The notes below the pieces were generated by a model, which had not been told where the DNA came from, did no database searches, and saw only the letters and a program-made list of their open reading frames with translations. From positions 5,462 through 69,461 of the forward strand of contig CAZJQL010000001.1 in NCBI GenBank assembly GCA_964548665.1: a stretch of 64,000 nucleotides of DNA, given 5' to 3'. Below are positions 9,983-19,516 of this stretch, in pieces. Position 1 is the stretch's first letter, and each line of letters begins with the position of its first letter. The position numbers and the translations under genes were made by a program. This DNA comes from an uncultured Methanosarcinales archaeon. Lineage in GTDB: Archaea > Nanobdellota > Nanobdellia > Woesearchaeales > 21-14-0-10-32-9.

Positions 9983-11523
9983 AAAAAATAATCCTACTAC
10001 TAATGGGACTCCTTTTATTAATGCCACTCGTGCATGCTGAAGATATTACCTTATCATTAGACCAAAAAGAATACTATTTCAAAACAGGGGAAAATGCAAT
10101 CATAAACATTCACGCAGAAAACACATACAAGGAAACAATCAATGGAATGCTAAGCTACACAATCACCCAGTTAATAAATCAAGGGAATTTCCAGATGTCG
10201 AGTTCAAACACCAAATCTACCAATTTTCAGATAAAAGAAGGAAAAACAGATAATCAATTAAATTTTGGGACATCAGAAACACCTATATTATTGACAGTTG
10301 GACTCTCATTTCAGTACAATAAGGATGAATCAAGAGTGGTGCAATTAGAAGACATAAAAATACATTTTGTAAGCGAAGAATCACAAAAACAAAACACCCA
10401 AAAAACTGTTTCTAGCAGTTCACAAAAGACAAGCGCCACACAACAAAACGATCCATTTACACAACAAGAACAACGAATGCAACAAATGATAAATCAAATG
10501 TTTGGAGAAGAACCGCAACAACAGCAACAACAATCAGCAACACAGAAACTCCAAAATAACCAATTATCTCAGGACAGTTCAGCATTAAAACAGCAGATGC
10601 AAAAACAATTCCAAGAACAGCAGGCATTAAAAGAAGAATTCCAAAAACAACTATCACAAAATCAAGAATTCCAAAAAGAACATCAAGAACTATTAAGTCA
10701 AGGATATAACATCACAAGCGGAAGTCTAAACCCTATTGCAAATGACACAGGGACATTCGAATTAAATTACCAAAAAAACAACGGAGAACGAGCAACACTT
10801 AAAGGAGAAATGAACAATGGACAAATGCAACATCTTGAAAAAGATACTCCTCAAACAAGACAAGAACTATTAAACCAACTTCAACAAAATAAACAATTCC
10901 AAGAATACCAAAAGCAACTAGAACAGCAAGGATTCTCACAACAAAATACTGAATTCAAAACAACACAAAACCAAACAGATATTCAAGTAAATTATCTAAA
11001 CAAGAAAAATGAAACAGCACAAATAAGTGCTGAGATAATAAACAAAACAATAGAAAAAGTCGAATTAACAAAAAATATTGAAACTAAAAAGAAAAACTAT
11101 TGGTGGATTATCCCTGCATTAATTATTCTTGCAATATTAGTATATTTAGCTTATAAAAAGTTGAACAAAAAGAATAATAATACAAATCACCAAGCTATTC
11201 AAACTGAAGAAAAACCCTTTGATTACAAGAAAGAATCTAAGAAACTATTAGAAGAATCAAAGAAATCATTTGAGGTAAAAGAATACAAAGATGCATACGG
11301 AAAAGCAGGACAAGCACTAAGACTATATTTAAGCTATGAGAATAATCTAAAGAAAGAAATAACTAATGATGAAATAATCATTCACTTAAAAAAACAAAAA
11401 AAAGAATACCAAAAAATAAAAGAATGCTTCGATCTATGTTCGCTAGTAGAATTTGCAAAGTATGAAGCGAATAAAAAAGATTTTTATAAAATAATAACCG
11501 AGATAGAAAAAATAATTGAATGA
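9979..11523 (+). CDS. Secreted/membrane-anchored Gln-rich protein (BatD-like position in operon)
   Basis: Signal peptide, Q-rich middle, single TM, C-terminal LVEFAKY motif. Confidence 0.6.
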   Translation: MKKIILLLMGLLLLMPLVHAEDITLSLDQKEYYFKTGENAIINIHAENTYKETINGMLSYTITQLINQGNFQMSSSNTKSTNFQIKEGKTDNQLNFGTSETPILLTVGLSFQYNKDESRVVQLEDIKIHFVSEESQKQNTQKTVSSSSQKTSATQQNDPFTQQEQRMQQMINQMFGEEPQQQQQQSATQKLQNNQLSQDSSALKQQMQKQFQEQQALKEEFQKQLSQNQEFQKEHQELLSQGYNITSGSLNPIANDTGTFELNYQKNNGERATLKGEMNNGQMQHLEKDTPQTRQELLNQLQQNKQFQEYQKQLEQQGFSQQNTEFKTTQNQTDIQVNYLNKKNETAQISAEIINKTIEKVELTKNIETKKKNYWWIIPALIILAILVYLAYKKLNKKNNNTNHQAIQTEEKPFDYKKESKKLLEESKKSFEVKEYKDAYGKAGQALRLYLSYENNLKKEITNDEIIIHLKKQKKEYQKIKECFDLCSLVEFAKYEANKKDFYKIITEIEKIIE

Positions 11524-11708
11524 TTTAATCAAGTAATTAAACAGTTGTAAATTTTAGTAAGATGATTTTAGAGAAACGCATTAAAAAGACTCTAAAGACT
11601 TTTTATCTTTTGTTATCGTAAAGTATTCTTTACAAAAAGAATATATGAACTGTTTACAAAATAAATTTCAGCACATTTAAATATTAACTATTGATTTAAT
11701 CTATCATA

Positions 11709-12938
11709 ATGTTTAATAAGTATTTTAAGAATCTAAGTGTTGAAAAGAAGAATGCCTTGTGGCTCATTATCTTGTTTGGTGTAATCAGTCTTCTAGGGGA
11801 TATTATTTACGAGGGTGCAAGAAGCGTTAATGGTCCCTACTTGAACACATTGGGAGCAAATGCAGCAATCGTCGGCTTGGTTGTAGGTATTGGAGAATTG
11901 CTTGGTTATGCTATACGATTGCTCTCAGGATACTTCTCTGATAAGACTAAAGCGCATTGGTTCTTTACAATATTCGGATATGGCTTGCTTATTTCAGTTC
12001 CACTTCTTGCCTTGTCAAGCTATTGGCAATTTGCAACTATCTTCATAATTTTGGAGAGGATAGGCAAGGGTTTAAGAAGTCCTGCAAAAGACACAATACT
12101 TTCTCATGCTACAAAACAAGTAGGGACGGGAATAGGATTTGGAATAGCAGAATTCTTAGATCAGATCGGTGCAACAATCGGACCACTTATTTTCACATTC
12201 TTTTTTGTCAGTTTAGGATCTGCCCAAAAAACAGTCTCTGATTATCAGCACGGATATGCATTGTTCTGGTTGCCTTTTATCATATTAATGATGGTCTTAT
12301 TTTTTGCATACTTTAAAGTCAAAAATCCAGAAGCACTGGAAAAAGAGGACAAGATAAAAGAATCAAAAGGAATTCCAAAAATATTCTGGACTTATGCAAT
12401 ATTCTCGTTTGTTACAACTATTGGATTCATTAATTTTGCAATAGTAGGATATCATATGAAAGTGAATGGATTATTTTCAGATGCACAAATACCTCTGTTA
12501 TATGCGTTTGCAATGATGGTCGATGCAATTTTTGGTCTAATTGTAGGAAGACTTTATGATAAGATCAAAACAAAGCACAATCACGACCATTCAGGATTAT
12601 TATTGTTAATAGGACTTCCAATAGTTACTGCCCTTATCTTGCCAATGATTTTCTCGTTCACCCTTTCAATGATCCTAATCGGTGTATTCTTGTGGGGTGT
12701 CGTGATGGGCTCACACGAAACCATAATGAAAGCAGCAATCGCAGACATCACTGCAATCAACAAAAGAGGAACAGCCTACGGGGCATTTAATGTAATCTAC
12801 GGAATTGCATTGTTCATTGGAAGCGTGCTTTCAGGATTCTTATATGAGATATCGATTAATTTGATGATAACTGTACTCATGTGCATGCAAGTAATAGCAA
12901 TGATCATATTCTTTAAACTAAAAAAAGATTTGAACTAA
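11709..12938 (+). CDS. MFS transporter
   Basis: About 12 hydrophobic segments, GYFSDKT, ERIGKGLRSPAKD. Confidence 0.9.
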   Translation: MFNKYFKNLSVEKKNALWLIILFGVISLLGDIIYEGARSVNGPYLNTLGANAAIVGLVVGIGELLGYAIRLLSGYFSDKTKAHWFFTIFGYGLLISVPLLALSSYWQFATIFIILERIGKGLRSPAKDTILSHATKQVGTGIGFGIAEFLDQIGATIGPLIFTFFFVSLGSAQKTVSDYQHGYALFWLPFIILMMVLFFAYFKVKNPEALEKEDKIKESKGIPKIFWTYAIFSFVTTIGFINFAIVGYHMKVNGLFSDAQIPLLYAFAMMVDAIFGLIVGRLYDKIKTKHNHDHSGLLLLIGLPIVTALILPMIFSFTLSMILIGVFLWGVVMGSHETIMKAAIADITAINKRGTAYGAFNVIYGIALFIGSVLSGFLYEISINLMITVLMCMQVIAMIIFFKLKKDLN

Positions 12939-12996
12939 AATTTATCTCTTATTTTGAATCCGCTCTGATTATTCATTTTAAATGATCATCTATTGC

Positions 12997-13114
12997 TATT
13001 CACGAATTTAACCATTCCAATCGCTACGTTGTTCTACGAGGGTGTTTATATAGGTATTTGAGCATCCCTCGACGTGAACATAGGAGGTAAACCACAATGG
13101 CAAAGAAAGCAGAC
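12997..13114 (+). repeat. 118-bp direct repeat copy 2
   Basis: Matches 2861..2978; contains TTTATATA box, palindrome and GGAGGT SD. Confidence 0.9.
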
Positions 13115-13345
13115 AAATCGTTTTACACGTTAGCACAAAAAGTGCTCCAGGAACAAAACAAACCAATGCATTACGCAGACATAACAAAGGAGATCTTAAA
13201 GATCAAGGAAACCAAAGGCAAGACGCCAGAGCGAACAGTAATGGCAGTAATACTAAGAGACAAGCACAATATCTTTACAAGTGTAGGCGAGGGTATCTTT
13301 GGATTAAGCTCGTTTCAAAGTAGCCCAAAAGCTACCAAAGCTTAG
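13097..13345 (+). CDS. Stand-alone HARE-HTH (HB1/ASXL/restriction endonuclease winged helix) protein
   Basis: A.KVL....KPMHY.DIT..IL......GKTP..TV...I...F..VG.G.FGL pattern. Confidence 0.7.
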   Translation: MAKKADKSFYTLAQKVLQEQNKPMHYADITKEILKIKETKGKTPERTVMAVILRDKHNIFTSVGEGIFGLSSFQSSPKATKA

Positions 13346-13635
13346 AGAATTACGCTTGCCGCAACTATTCCTTTTTTGCTAAGGTGTGCAGAGAGCATTG
13401 AGTTAAACATTTTATTATGGCTAGAATATCTCAGATGTAAGAGTTCATGAACGATTACTTTGGATCTTGTCTGATAATTCTTATTGAGTAATGCGTATGA
13501 GAATGTGACTCTTCCCTTAGATGAACAGCTCGCCCATTTTCTACTCATTGCCCGTACATGAATTTCTTTAGGCTTCACCCCTATATCTTCTGCCCAATGC
13601 ATCACTTCTCTTTTGAAATCATTGACTGGAATCAT
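13342..13635 (-). CDS. Short YgjP/DUF45 (M48-like) metal-dependent hydrolase
   Basis: RKWASCS, VIVHELLH (HExxH), HNKMF; usual neighbour of hsdR. Confidence 0.8.
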   Translation of the reverse strand: MIPVNDFKREVMHWAEDIGVKPKEIHVRAMSRKWASCSSKGRVTFSYALLNKNYQTRSKVIVHELLHLRYSSHNKMFNSMLSAHLSKKGIVAASVIL

Positions 13636-16553
13636 TCGTTTGCACCTTTAAGCATCGTTGTTATCTTAGTGGTCAATTCGACAGTCTTTTTAACGGTTGT
13701 CCCTGATTTTACGAAAACTTTCTGGAGCTCTTGCTTTAATTTCCGCTCATGATCTTCACTTTTCTTCCAATGAGGATATTTTTCGAAAATATTTTTCATA
13801 CTGTTGGCTTTTTCTTCAGCATCACTTAAGCCTTCATCTTTTAATAGCCAATAGACTGAGAAGACGTCAGTGGACATCTTCATTTTCTTTTGTTCTTTTT
13901 TAGCGTGGTTTATCTCGGTAACGAGTTCTTTTAATTCATCAAGTGTTTCTTCAGTATCTTTTTGTCTTTGTTTGTAAAGCATAGAGATTAGCTCTGCTTT
14001 TTGGCCTATTGATACAAGGTATGGATTACTGCTTGCGCCATGCTCGATAGATATTCCGATGCTTCTTAAGAGATTGAATATTTTCTCTGTATCGGAAGAT
14101 TTGTTCTCATCAAGCTTCTTTAAAGTGGTCTCGTTTATCTCGTAAATTTCCAGAGTGGACTTTATCTTTCCGCTGTGGGTGTGTTCTTGGACAAGCTTCG
14201 CTGTTTTTCTTGTGAATTCTTTGTCAACAGATATTCCTGGTTCGTATGCTTCTCTTAATATCTTGAACATTCTTGCTAAGGTGTCAAATTCTTCAATGTA
14301 TGGTCTTAGGAATGCGTCTGGTGATAATATCTCATAGATGTCTGACATCTCTTTGAAGAATTGATAGAAGTCTTGTCTTTTTGTTTCGTCTTTGAAATAA
14401 TCGAGTACTGCTTCAACTGCTTTATCTTTGGTTTTTCCTTTCAGCAGCTTAAGATAATCTTTTCTTGCAGTAGTTATGAGTTCTTCAAATCGTTTCTTTA
14501 AGACTTCAAGATCTTTGACTACTTCAGTCACATCTCCAGAATCAAATGCGAGGGCTTTCTCAAGCTTGTCGAAAATTCCGACGAAGTCAAGAACAAATCC
14601 TGAAGGCTTCTTTCTGCCCTCTTCATCCTCATATGGTCTGTTGACTCTTGCAATTGCCTGCAATAAAACGTGATCTCTCATAGGCTTATCAAGATACATA
14701 CAGTAAAGGATCGGAGCATCAAATCCAGTCAATAATTTCTCAGTAACAATTAATATCTTCGGCTGTTTGTTAGGGCTTCTGAATGCTTTTCTTATTCTCT
14801 TTTCTTTTTCCGTTGTGATATAATATTTCGCTAAGTTTTCCTGGTCGTTATGTGCTGGACTGTAAACAACTTCTGAATATTCTTTTGGAAGATATTTGTC
14901 GATTTCTTCTTTGTATAATGCACACGCCTCTCTATCTACCGCAACGATAAAAGCTTTGTAGCCCATTGGCTCTACATTATTCTTGAAATGGTCTACTATG
15001 AATTTAGTGACTTTCTTTACTCTCTGCTTATTCTTCAGCATATTTTTGAGAGTGACTGCTTTTTCTAGGACCTTGTTTAATGATTCTATGTCACTTATTC
15101 CTTCTGCTTCTGCGAGGTTTAGGAATTCTTTTTCAAGAATTTCTTTCTCAGGTCTTATCTCATTAGGAGCTAATGTATAGTGGAGTTTGACTGTTGTTCC
15201 GTCTTCTATTGATTCTGCAATTCCATATTTGTCAAGATATCCTTTTGGAGGATCATCTCTTCCAAAGACCACAAATGTGCCTTTTCCATGAGAAGTCTTG
15301 TCAATTGGCGTTCCTGTAAATCCGAGATATGTTGCATTAGGTAAAGCTCCCATCAAGTAATTTCCTAAGTCTCCACCTGTTGTCCTATGTGCTTCGTCTA
15401 CAAGGACAATTATGTTTTTTCTGGTATTGATGTTTGCAGGTAATCCTTCAAACTTGTGAATCATAGAAATGATTAATCCTCTTGCGTCTCTTTCCAATAG
15501 ATCTTTCAGATGCTTTTTTGTTTCAGCAACTTCGATATGCTCAATGCCGACTGCAGTAAGATTTCCAAATAGTTGTGTCTCTAACTCATTTCTGTCGACA
15601 AGCATAATTACAGTTGGATTCTCGAAGAGCGGGTTTGCAAGGATTCTCTGGGCTGCAACAATCATGGTGAATGTTTTTCCGCTTCCTTGAGTGTGCCAAA
15701 CCAATGCCCTATTTTTCTTTTTGCTTGAAGCTCTCTCCACAAGCTTTTCAACTGCTCGCATTTGATGAGGTCTTAAGACGACCTTTTGCAGTTCATCATC
15801 TTGCCTTGTAAATAGTATGAAATGCAATAATGTTTTTACAAGCCTTTCCTTATCAAAGAAAGTCTTGACCATCTCTTCATAGTTCTTTGCAAGAGTGTCG
15901 GTCTTCCAATTGAAGACAGATTTCATTGACAACGACCATGTCGATGAATATAAGAAATGAATAATGTTTGTTGCAGTGTAGACTTGAAATAAGGTCATCG
16001 CTTCAGGAGTCTCTTTATGATATCTTCTGACCTGGTCTAATGCTTCTGCAATGATGGAGTCCCTGTTTACTGATCTTCCAATAAATTTAGCGACTGATTT
16101 TGTTTCGACAAAAAGGATAGGGACTCCGTTAATCAAAAACGCTACATCGTAACGATTTGTGTTTGTGCCGTTTGTATATGAGAATTCATCAGTAACTTGG
16201 AAAATGTTTCTTTTCGGGTTCTCATCGACGATTATGACATTTCTTTCTCTCTTTTCATTTTGAACAAATACTGTTTTTAATCCTCTTAAGTATTCCCACG
16301 CTTGAAGATTTCCCTCAATTCTTGCAGGCAATCGCTCAATCTTTTTGATGAGCTCTTCAATCATTATAGAGTCAATAAAATCAGAATTTAGCTTTCCGAC
16401 TTGTTCAGTAAAAACTTCCTTGAATAAAAGCCCAGTCTTTCCACCCCTAAGCCTAATTGCATCCTCTGGCTTGACATATTCCCATCCAATTTCACACGCA
16501 TATTGGATAAGTGTATTTTGGACTGCAGCTCTTTCGTTTCCCAATTTATTCAT
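13632..16553 (-). CDS. hsdR: Type I restriction enzyme R subunit
   Basis: D..F.INGVP..FVETK nuclease, HTQGSGKT Walker A, DEAH, QAIARVNR. Confidence 0.95.
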   Translation of the reverse strand: MNKLGNERAAVQNTLIQYACEIGWEYVKPEDAIRLRGGKTGLLFKEVFTEQVGKLNSDFIDSIMIEELIKKIERLPARIEGNLQAWEYLRGLKTVFVQNEKRERNVIIVDENPKRNIFQVTDEFSYTNGTNTNRYDVAFLINGVPILFVETKSVAKFIGRSVNRDSIIAEALDQVRRYHKETPEAMTLFQVYTATNIIHFLYSSTWSLSMKSVFNWKTDTLAKNYEEMVKTFFDKERLVKTLLHFILFTRQDDELQKVVLRPHQMRAVEKLVERASSKKKNRALVWHTQGSGKTFTMIVAAQRILANPLFENPTVIMLVDRNELETQLFGNLTAVGIEHIEVAETKKHLKDLLERDARGLIISMIHKFEGLPANINTRKNIIVLVDEAHRTTGGDLGNYLMGALPNATYLGFTGTPIDKTSHGKGTFVVFGRDDPPKGYLDKYGIAESIEDGTTVKLHYTLAPNEIRPEKEILEKEFLNLAEAEGISDIESLNKVLEKAVTLKNMLKNKQRVKKVTKFIVDHFKNNVEPMGYKAFIVAVDREACALYKEEIDKYLPKEYSEVVYSPAHNDQENLAKYYITTEKEKRIRKAFRSPNKQPKILIVTEKLLTGFDAPILYCMYLDKPMRDHVLLQAIARVNRPYEDEEGRKKPSGFVLDFVGIFDKLEKALAFDSGDVTEVVKDLEVLKKRFEELITTARKDYLKLLKGKTKDKAVEAVLDYFKDETKRQDFYQFFKEMSDIYEILSPDAFLRPYIEEFDTLARMFKILREAYEPGISVDKEFTRKTAKLVQEHTHSGKIKSTLEIYEINETTLKKLDENKSSDTEKIFNLLRSIGISIEHGASSNPYLVSIGQKAELISMLYKQRQKDTEETLDELKELVTEINHAKKEQKKMKMSTDVFSVYWLLKDEGLSDAEEKANSMKNIFEKYPHWKKSEDHERKLKQELQKVFVKSGTTVKKTVELTTKITTMLKGANE

Positions 16554-17083
16554 TTCAAATCCCCTAATAATTTCTCCATCTCAAAAATGAAGTTTTTAGC
16601 TCTCTTCAAAGAAGTAATTGCTTTAGAATGCTTCTCGACAGCAGTTGTTTCATACTGAAGAATGCCTCTTTTATTCCTTTCCTGATCGAATTCCTCAATT
16701 AACGTATCTGCCTTGATTCCAGGAAGGGCTTCATTCTGCGCTTCTTCGTACTCTTCCAATAATCTCTTCTTAAGTTTATTTCTTACATGAACAATAAGCG
16801 CATCAGCTGTAACTTTGTGAGGTATCTTATCCCCTACTTTGTAGCCTATCTTGAATAAGACTGCATTGGCCATATAAAACATCGAGTAATATGATGTGAC
16901 AATAATCCACAAATCTGATTTCTTGTTCTTCGCTAGAAATTCAGCAATCTCAATGCTATCATTGGAATTATTCAATAAGACTGTGATAATTTCTTCCCTG
17001 AATTGATGCTTTTTTAGCATACCTGATTGCAAGTATTCTCGGACATTAGCTTCTGCTTCCTTTATTCTTTTATCATCAAGCAT
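16550..17083 (-). CDS. HEPN-domain protein (putative toxin)
   Basis: SYYSMFYMANAVL, IPH, R-x4-Y (RGILQY); paired with MNT. Confidence 0.8.
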   Translation of the reverse strand: MLDDKRIKEAEANVREYLQSGMLKKHQFREEIITVLLNNSNDSIEIAEFLAKNKKSDLWIIVTSYYSMFYMANAVLFKIGYKVGDKIPHKVTADALIVHVRNKLKKRLLEEYEEAQNEALPGIKADTLIEEFDQERNKRGILQYETTAVEKHSKAITSLKRAKNFIFEMEKLLGDLK

Positions 17084-17642
17084 TGTTCATCAACCTATAA
17101 TAATCCTCTACTCCAAAAAGCACAATATTATGTTTAACTGCTTCAGACACGACGGTAAATTCCTTTGATTTTAGCATTGATTCAAAATTCTCATAAGTAA
17201 TATGAGTTAAGTGAATATTAAGAGGAAGCAAATTAACCTGAGTCTCAATCTTTTTAGAATTACTCGATATAAGCAATAAATCAATATCTGAACCTTTGGT
17301 CTGTTGACCCTTAGAATAAGAACCAAATAATAGCAGAATAAACTGCTCATTAACCTTAGCTAACCGATTATATAATACAAGGAAATTCTTGTCTTTTAAG
17401 AGCTCTTGAAGCCTCGTAAATTCGACTTGAAATACAGAATCATTGAACTTATGATTAAAAGAGCAAATAGTGGTGTTCCCCTGTTTTTTAAGACTAACCA
17501 CGCCTTCTTTCGCAAGATCTTTAAGACTCGTATAAGCGGATTTATAATTGATTTGCCTCTGAATTCCAATCTGCCTAATGCTAAATACTTTCTCCTGATT
17601 CTCGATAAGCAACTTCAATATATTCAAACGTTCATTATCCAT
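17076..17642 (-). CDS. wHTH-minimal nucleotidyltransferase (MNT antitoxin)
   Basis: N-terminal HTH; LFGSYSKG...SDIDLL motif. Confidence 0.85.
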   Translation of the reverse strand: MDNERLNILKLLIENQEKVFSIRQIGIQRQINYKSAYTSLKDLAKEGVVSLKKQGNTTICSFNHKFNDSVFQVEFTRLQELLKDKNFLVLYNRLAKVNEQFILLLFGSYSKGQQTKGSDIDLLLISSNSKKIETQVNLLPLNIHLTHITYENFESMLKSKEFTVVSEAVKHNIVLFGVEDYYRLMNNA

Positions 17643-17682
17643 TGTAACCCATACAACTATGGTTTAAACCCATATATAAACT
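17643..17682 (-). promoter_or_regulatory. Putative internal promoter/operator of MNT-HEPN
   Basis: TTTATATA box on minus strand; AACCCATA twice and inverted TATGGTTT. Confidence 0.4.
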
Positions 17683-18219
17683 TTACTGTTTACTTTCGTG
17701 ATGTTCTTCCTTTTTCTTCCGCTTAAGCTTCTTAACAATCCAATCAATCACATTCTTCTTAATATCGAAATTAAAGACAGAAGCACTGATTAAATCTCCA
17801 ATAATGATAAAGATAAGAAATATATTGACGATAAAAACAACTTGATAATTGAAATAAAGCTTATTGTAAATAGCTACATAATTATTGTTCACAGTATCAA
17901 ATTTCTGATTGAGAATAGCAACATCATACCTTGAAATGTTAATCTCCTGCTTAAGATCTTCAATATCTTTTTTAGTTACGTTCTCAGTTATGAGACGAGT
18001 ATATTCAGCCCTGCACTGCTGTACATTCTGATCTAATTGACTATTTTGTTGCTTAAGGCCACTAATTTCAGAATCCTTCTGACCAACTTGAGTAATATAA
18101 GGAGCACACTGAGAATCAGTAGCTATCTTAGACAAAGAAGTAAAGACAGGAATCATAGCTAAGATGAACATCAAAGCCAAAAAGCCACCGACAATAACAG
18201 CAACAGGTCCTTCAGCCAT
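17683..18219 (-). CDS. Hypothetical membrane protein, TM-coiled coil-TM
   Basis: Hydrophobic N- and C-terminal segments flanking a heptad-rich region. Confidence 0.7.
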   Translation of the reverse strand: MAEGPVAVIVGGFLALMFILAMIPVFTSLSKIATDSQCAPYITQVGQKDSEISGLKQQNSQLDQNVQQCRAEYTRLITENVTKKDIEDLKQEINISRYDVAILNQKFDTVNNNYVAIYNKLYFNYQVVFIVNIFLIFIIIGDLISASVFNFDIKKNVIDWIVKKLKRKKKEEHHESKQ

Positions 18220-18220
18220 C

Positions 18221-19516
18221 TTAAACCACCAAATCCTTCACTCTGACTTTAGCAGTCATAAGATCACGAAGCATAGAATTAAAGAACTCCTCAAGAGAAG
18301 CTTTCTTACGTTCCTCTGCTATGATCTTATCATCTAAAGCAGATAGAATATCTGATATTTGAATTTGAATATTTTTTTGTGGAACACCAATTTCAATATT
18401 ATCAATCAAATCTTTATTCAATCCACTTCTGTCTTCATCTCCTGTAATATTTCTAATTTTATCATAAATATTAGACAAGGCATAATGTAAATACATATAA
18501 TCTACTGATTCATTTGGGATAATGCAAACAACAGATTGATTAGATGTGCAAGGTATCTCCAGTGGTGCTGTTGTTCCTCTTGTTTTTCCTCTGCCAGCTA
18601 ATGCAATAACCACTGATTTAGGAGGTAACCATTTGGCATTTGAATTTTCCAATCCTTTTTTTGAAATAAAAGTATTCATTGATGCAATCTTTCTGCCTTG
18701 AACTTCTCCTGATTTCATCCAGGGGATCTCGGCAGGTTCCCAATACTCTTTTATTTCAGTTTTGGGAGTGCCACCTGCTATTAATTTGGAAAAATTCTTG
18801 ATTTTAAGAATTTTCCATTCGGCAGGAATTTTACCGATATCTGTATCTCGAAGCGTTACAGATTCAGCTTCTTCAGGAGTGGCCATTCCATAAGTGAACA
18901 AATGCTTCATCATGGATTTCTTCAATTCAGACAGTGAACTAATCACAGAATCCGTTTTCTCTTTTGATTCAAGTATGGCTAACAATACTGACGCTATTTT
19001 CTTCTGCTCGTCAATTTGAGGCAATATTGTAAGAAAGTTCTCAACAATTCCTTTGTTAATATTTTTCTGTGTACTCTGAATATTATGCATTGCTAACTGA
19101 GGAGCTAAATATTTCAATACAAAAGCACCAAACTCTACATTTAATTTTTCGTTTGGAATTATAGCGAGAATTGCCTGATTTGTTGCTACAGGAATTTTAT
19201 TTATTGCAGTCTCTCCAATTGTCGCATACATACTTAACAATAATGAATTTGGCGGAACTATCCAAGCACTTGATTCGTCTAATCCCTTTTTTGTGATAGT
19301 TTCTTTTGTTTTATACAAATAAATTCCGCAAGAGGTCATATCCTCTATAAGAACAAAAGGAATATCTCCATTAAAGTATTCCTTATTGCCTCGTTTAGGT
19401 GTTCCACCTGACCGCATCTTAATGGCTAAATCCTTTATTCTAATAAGATTCCAGCTTTCAGGTATCTCTCCCATTTCTGTTTGTTTTGTTCTTTCAAGGA
19501 CAGTTATATTTTTCAT
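18221..19516 (-). CDS. hsdS: Type I R-M specificity subunit
   Basis: Two TRD repeats (GEIPESW..SGGTPK; GKIPAEW..AGGTPK) and EQKKIA helical spacer. Confidence 0.95.
   Translation of the reverse strand: MKNITVLERTKQTEMGEIPESWNLIRIKDLAIKMRSGGTPKRGNKEYFNGDIPFVLIEDMTSCGIYLYKTKETITKKGLDESSAWIVPPNSLLLSMYATIGETAINKIPVATNQAILAIIPNEKLNVEFGAFVLKYLAPQLAMHNIQSTQKNINKGIVENFLTILPQIDEQKKIASVLLAILESKEKTDSVISSLSELKKSMMKHLFTYGMATPEEAESVTLRDTDIGKIPAEWKILKIKNFSKLIAGGTPKTEIKEYWEPAEIPWMKSGEVQGRKIASMNTFISKKGLENSNAKWLPPKSVVIALAGRGKTRGTTAPLEIPCTSNQSVVCIIPNESVDYMYLHYALSNIYDKIRNITGDEDRSGLNKDLIDNIEIGVPQKNIQIQISDILSALDDKIIAEERKKASLEEFFNSMLRDLMTAKVRVKDLVV

Noticed and set aside
10380..10980. CAA-rich stretch as a repeat array
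   Set aside because: Explained by Gln-rich coding sequence; no regular repeat-spacer structure
18221..19516. Phase-variable hsdS shufflon
   Set aside because: Single complete hsdS; no silent TRD copies, inverted repeats or invertase seen
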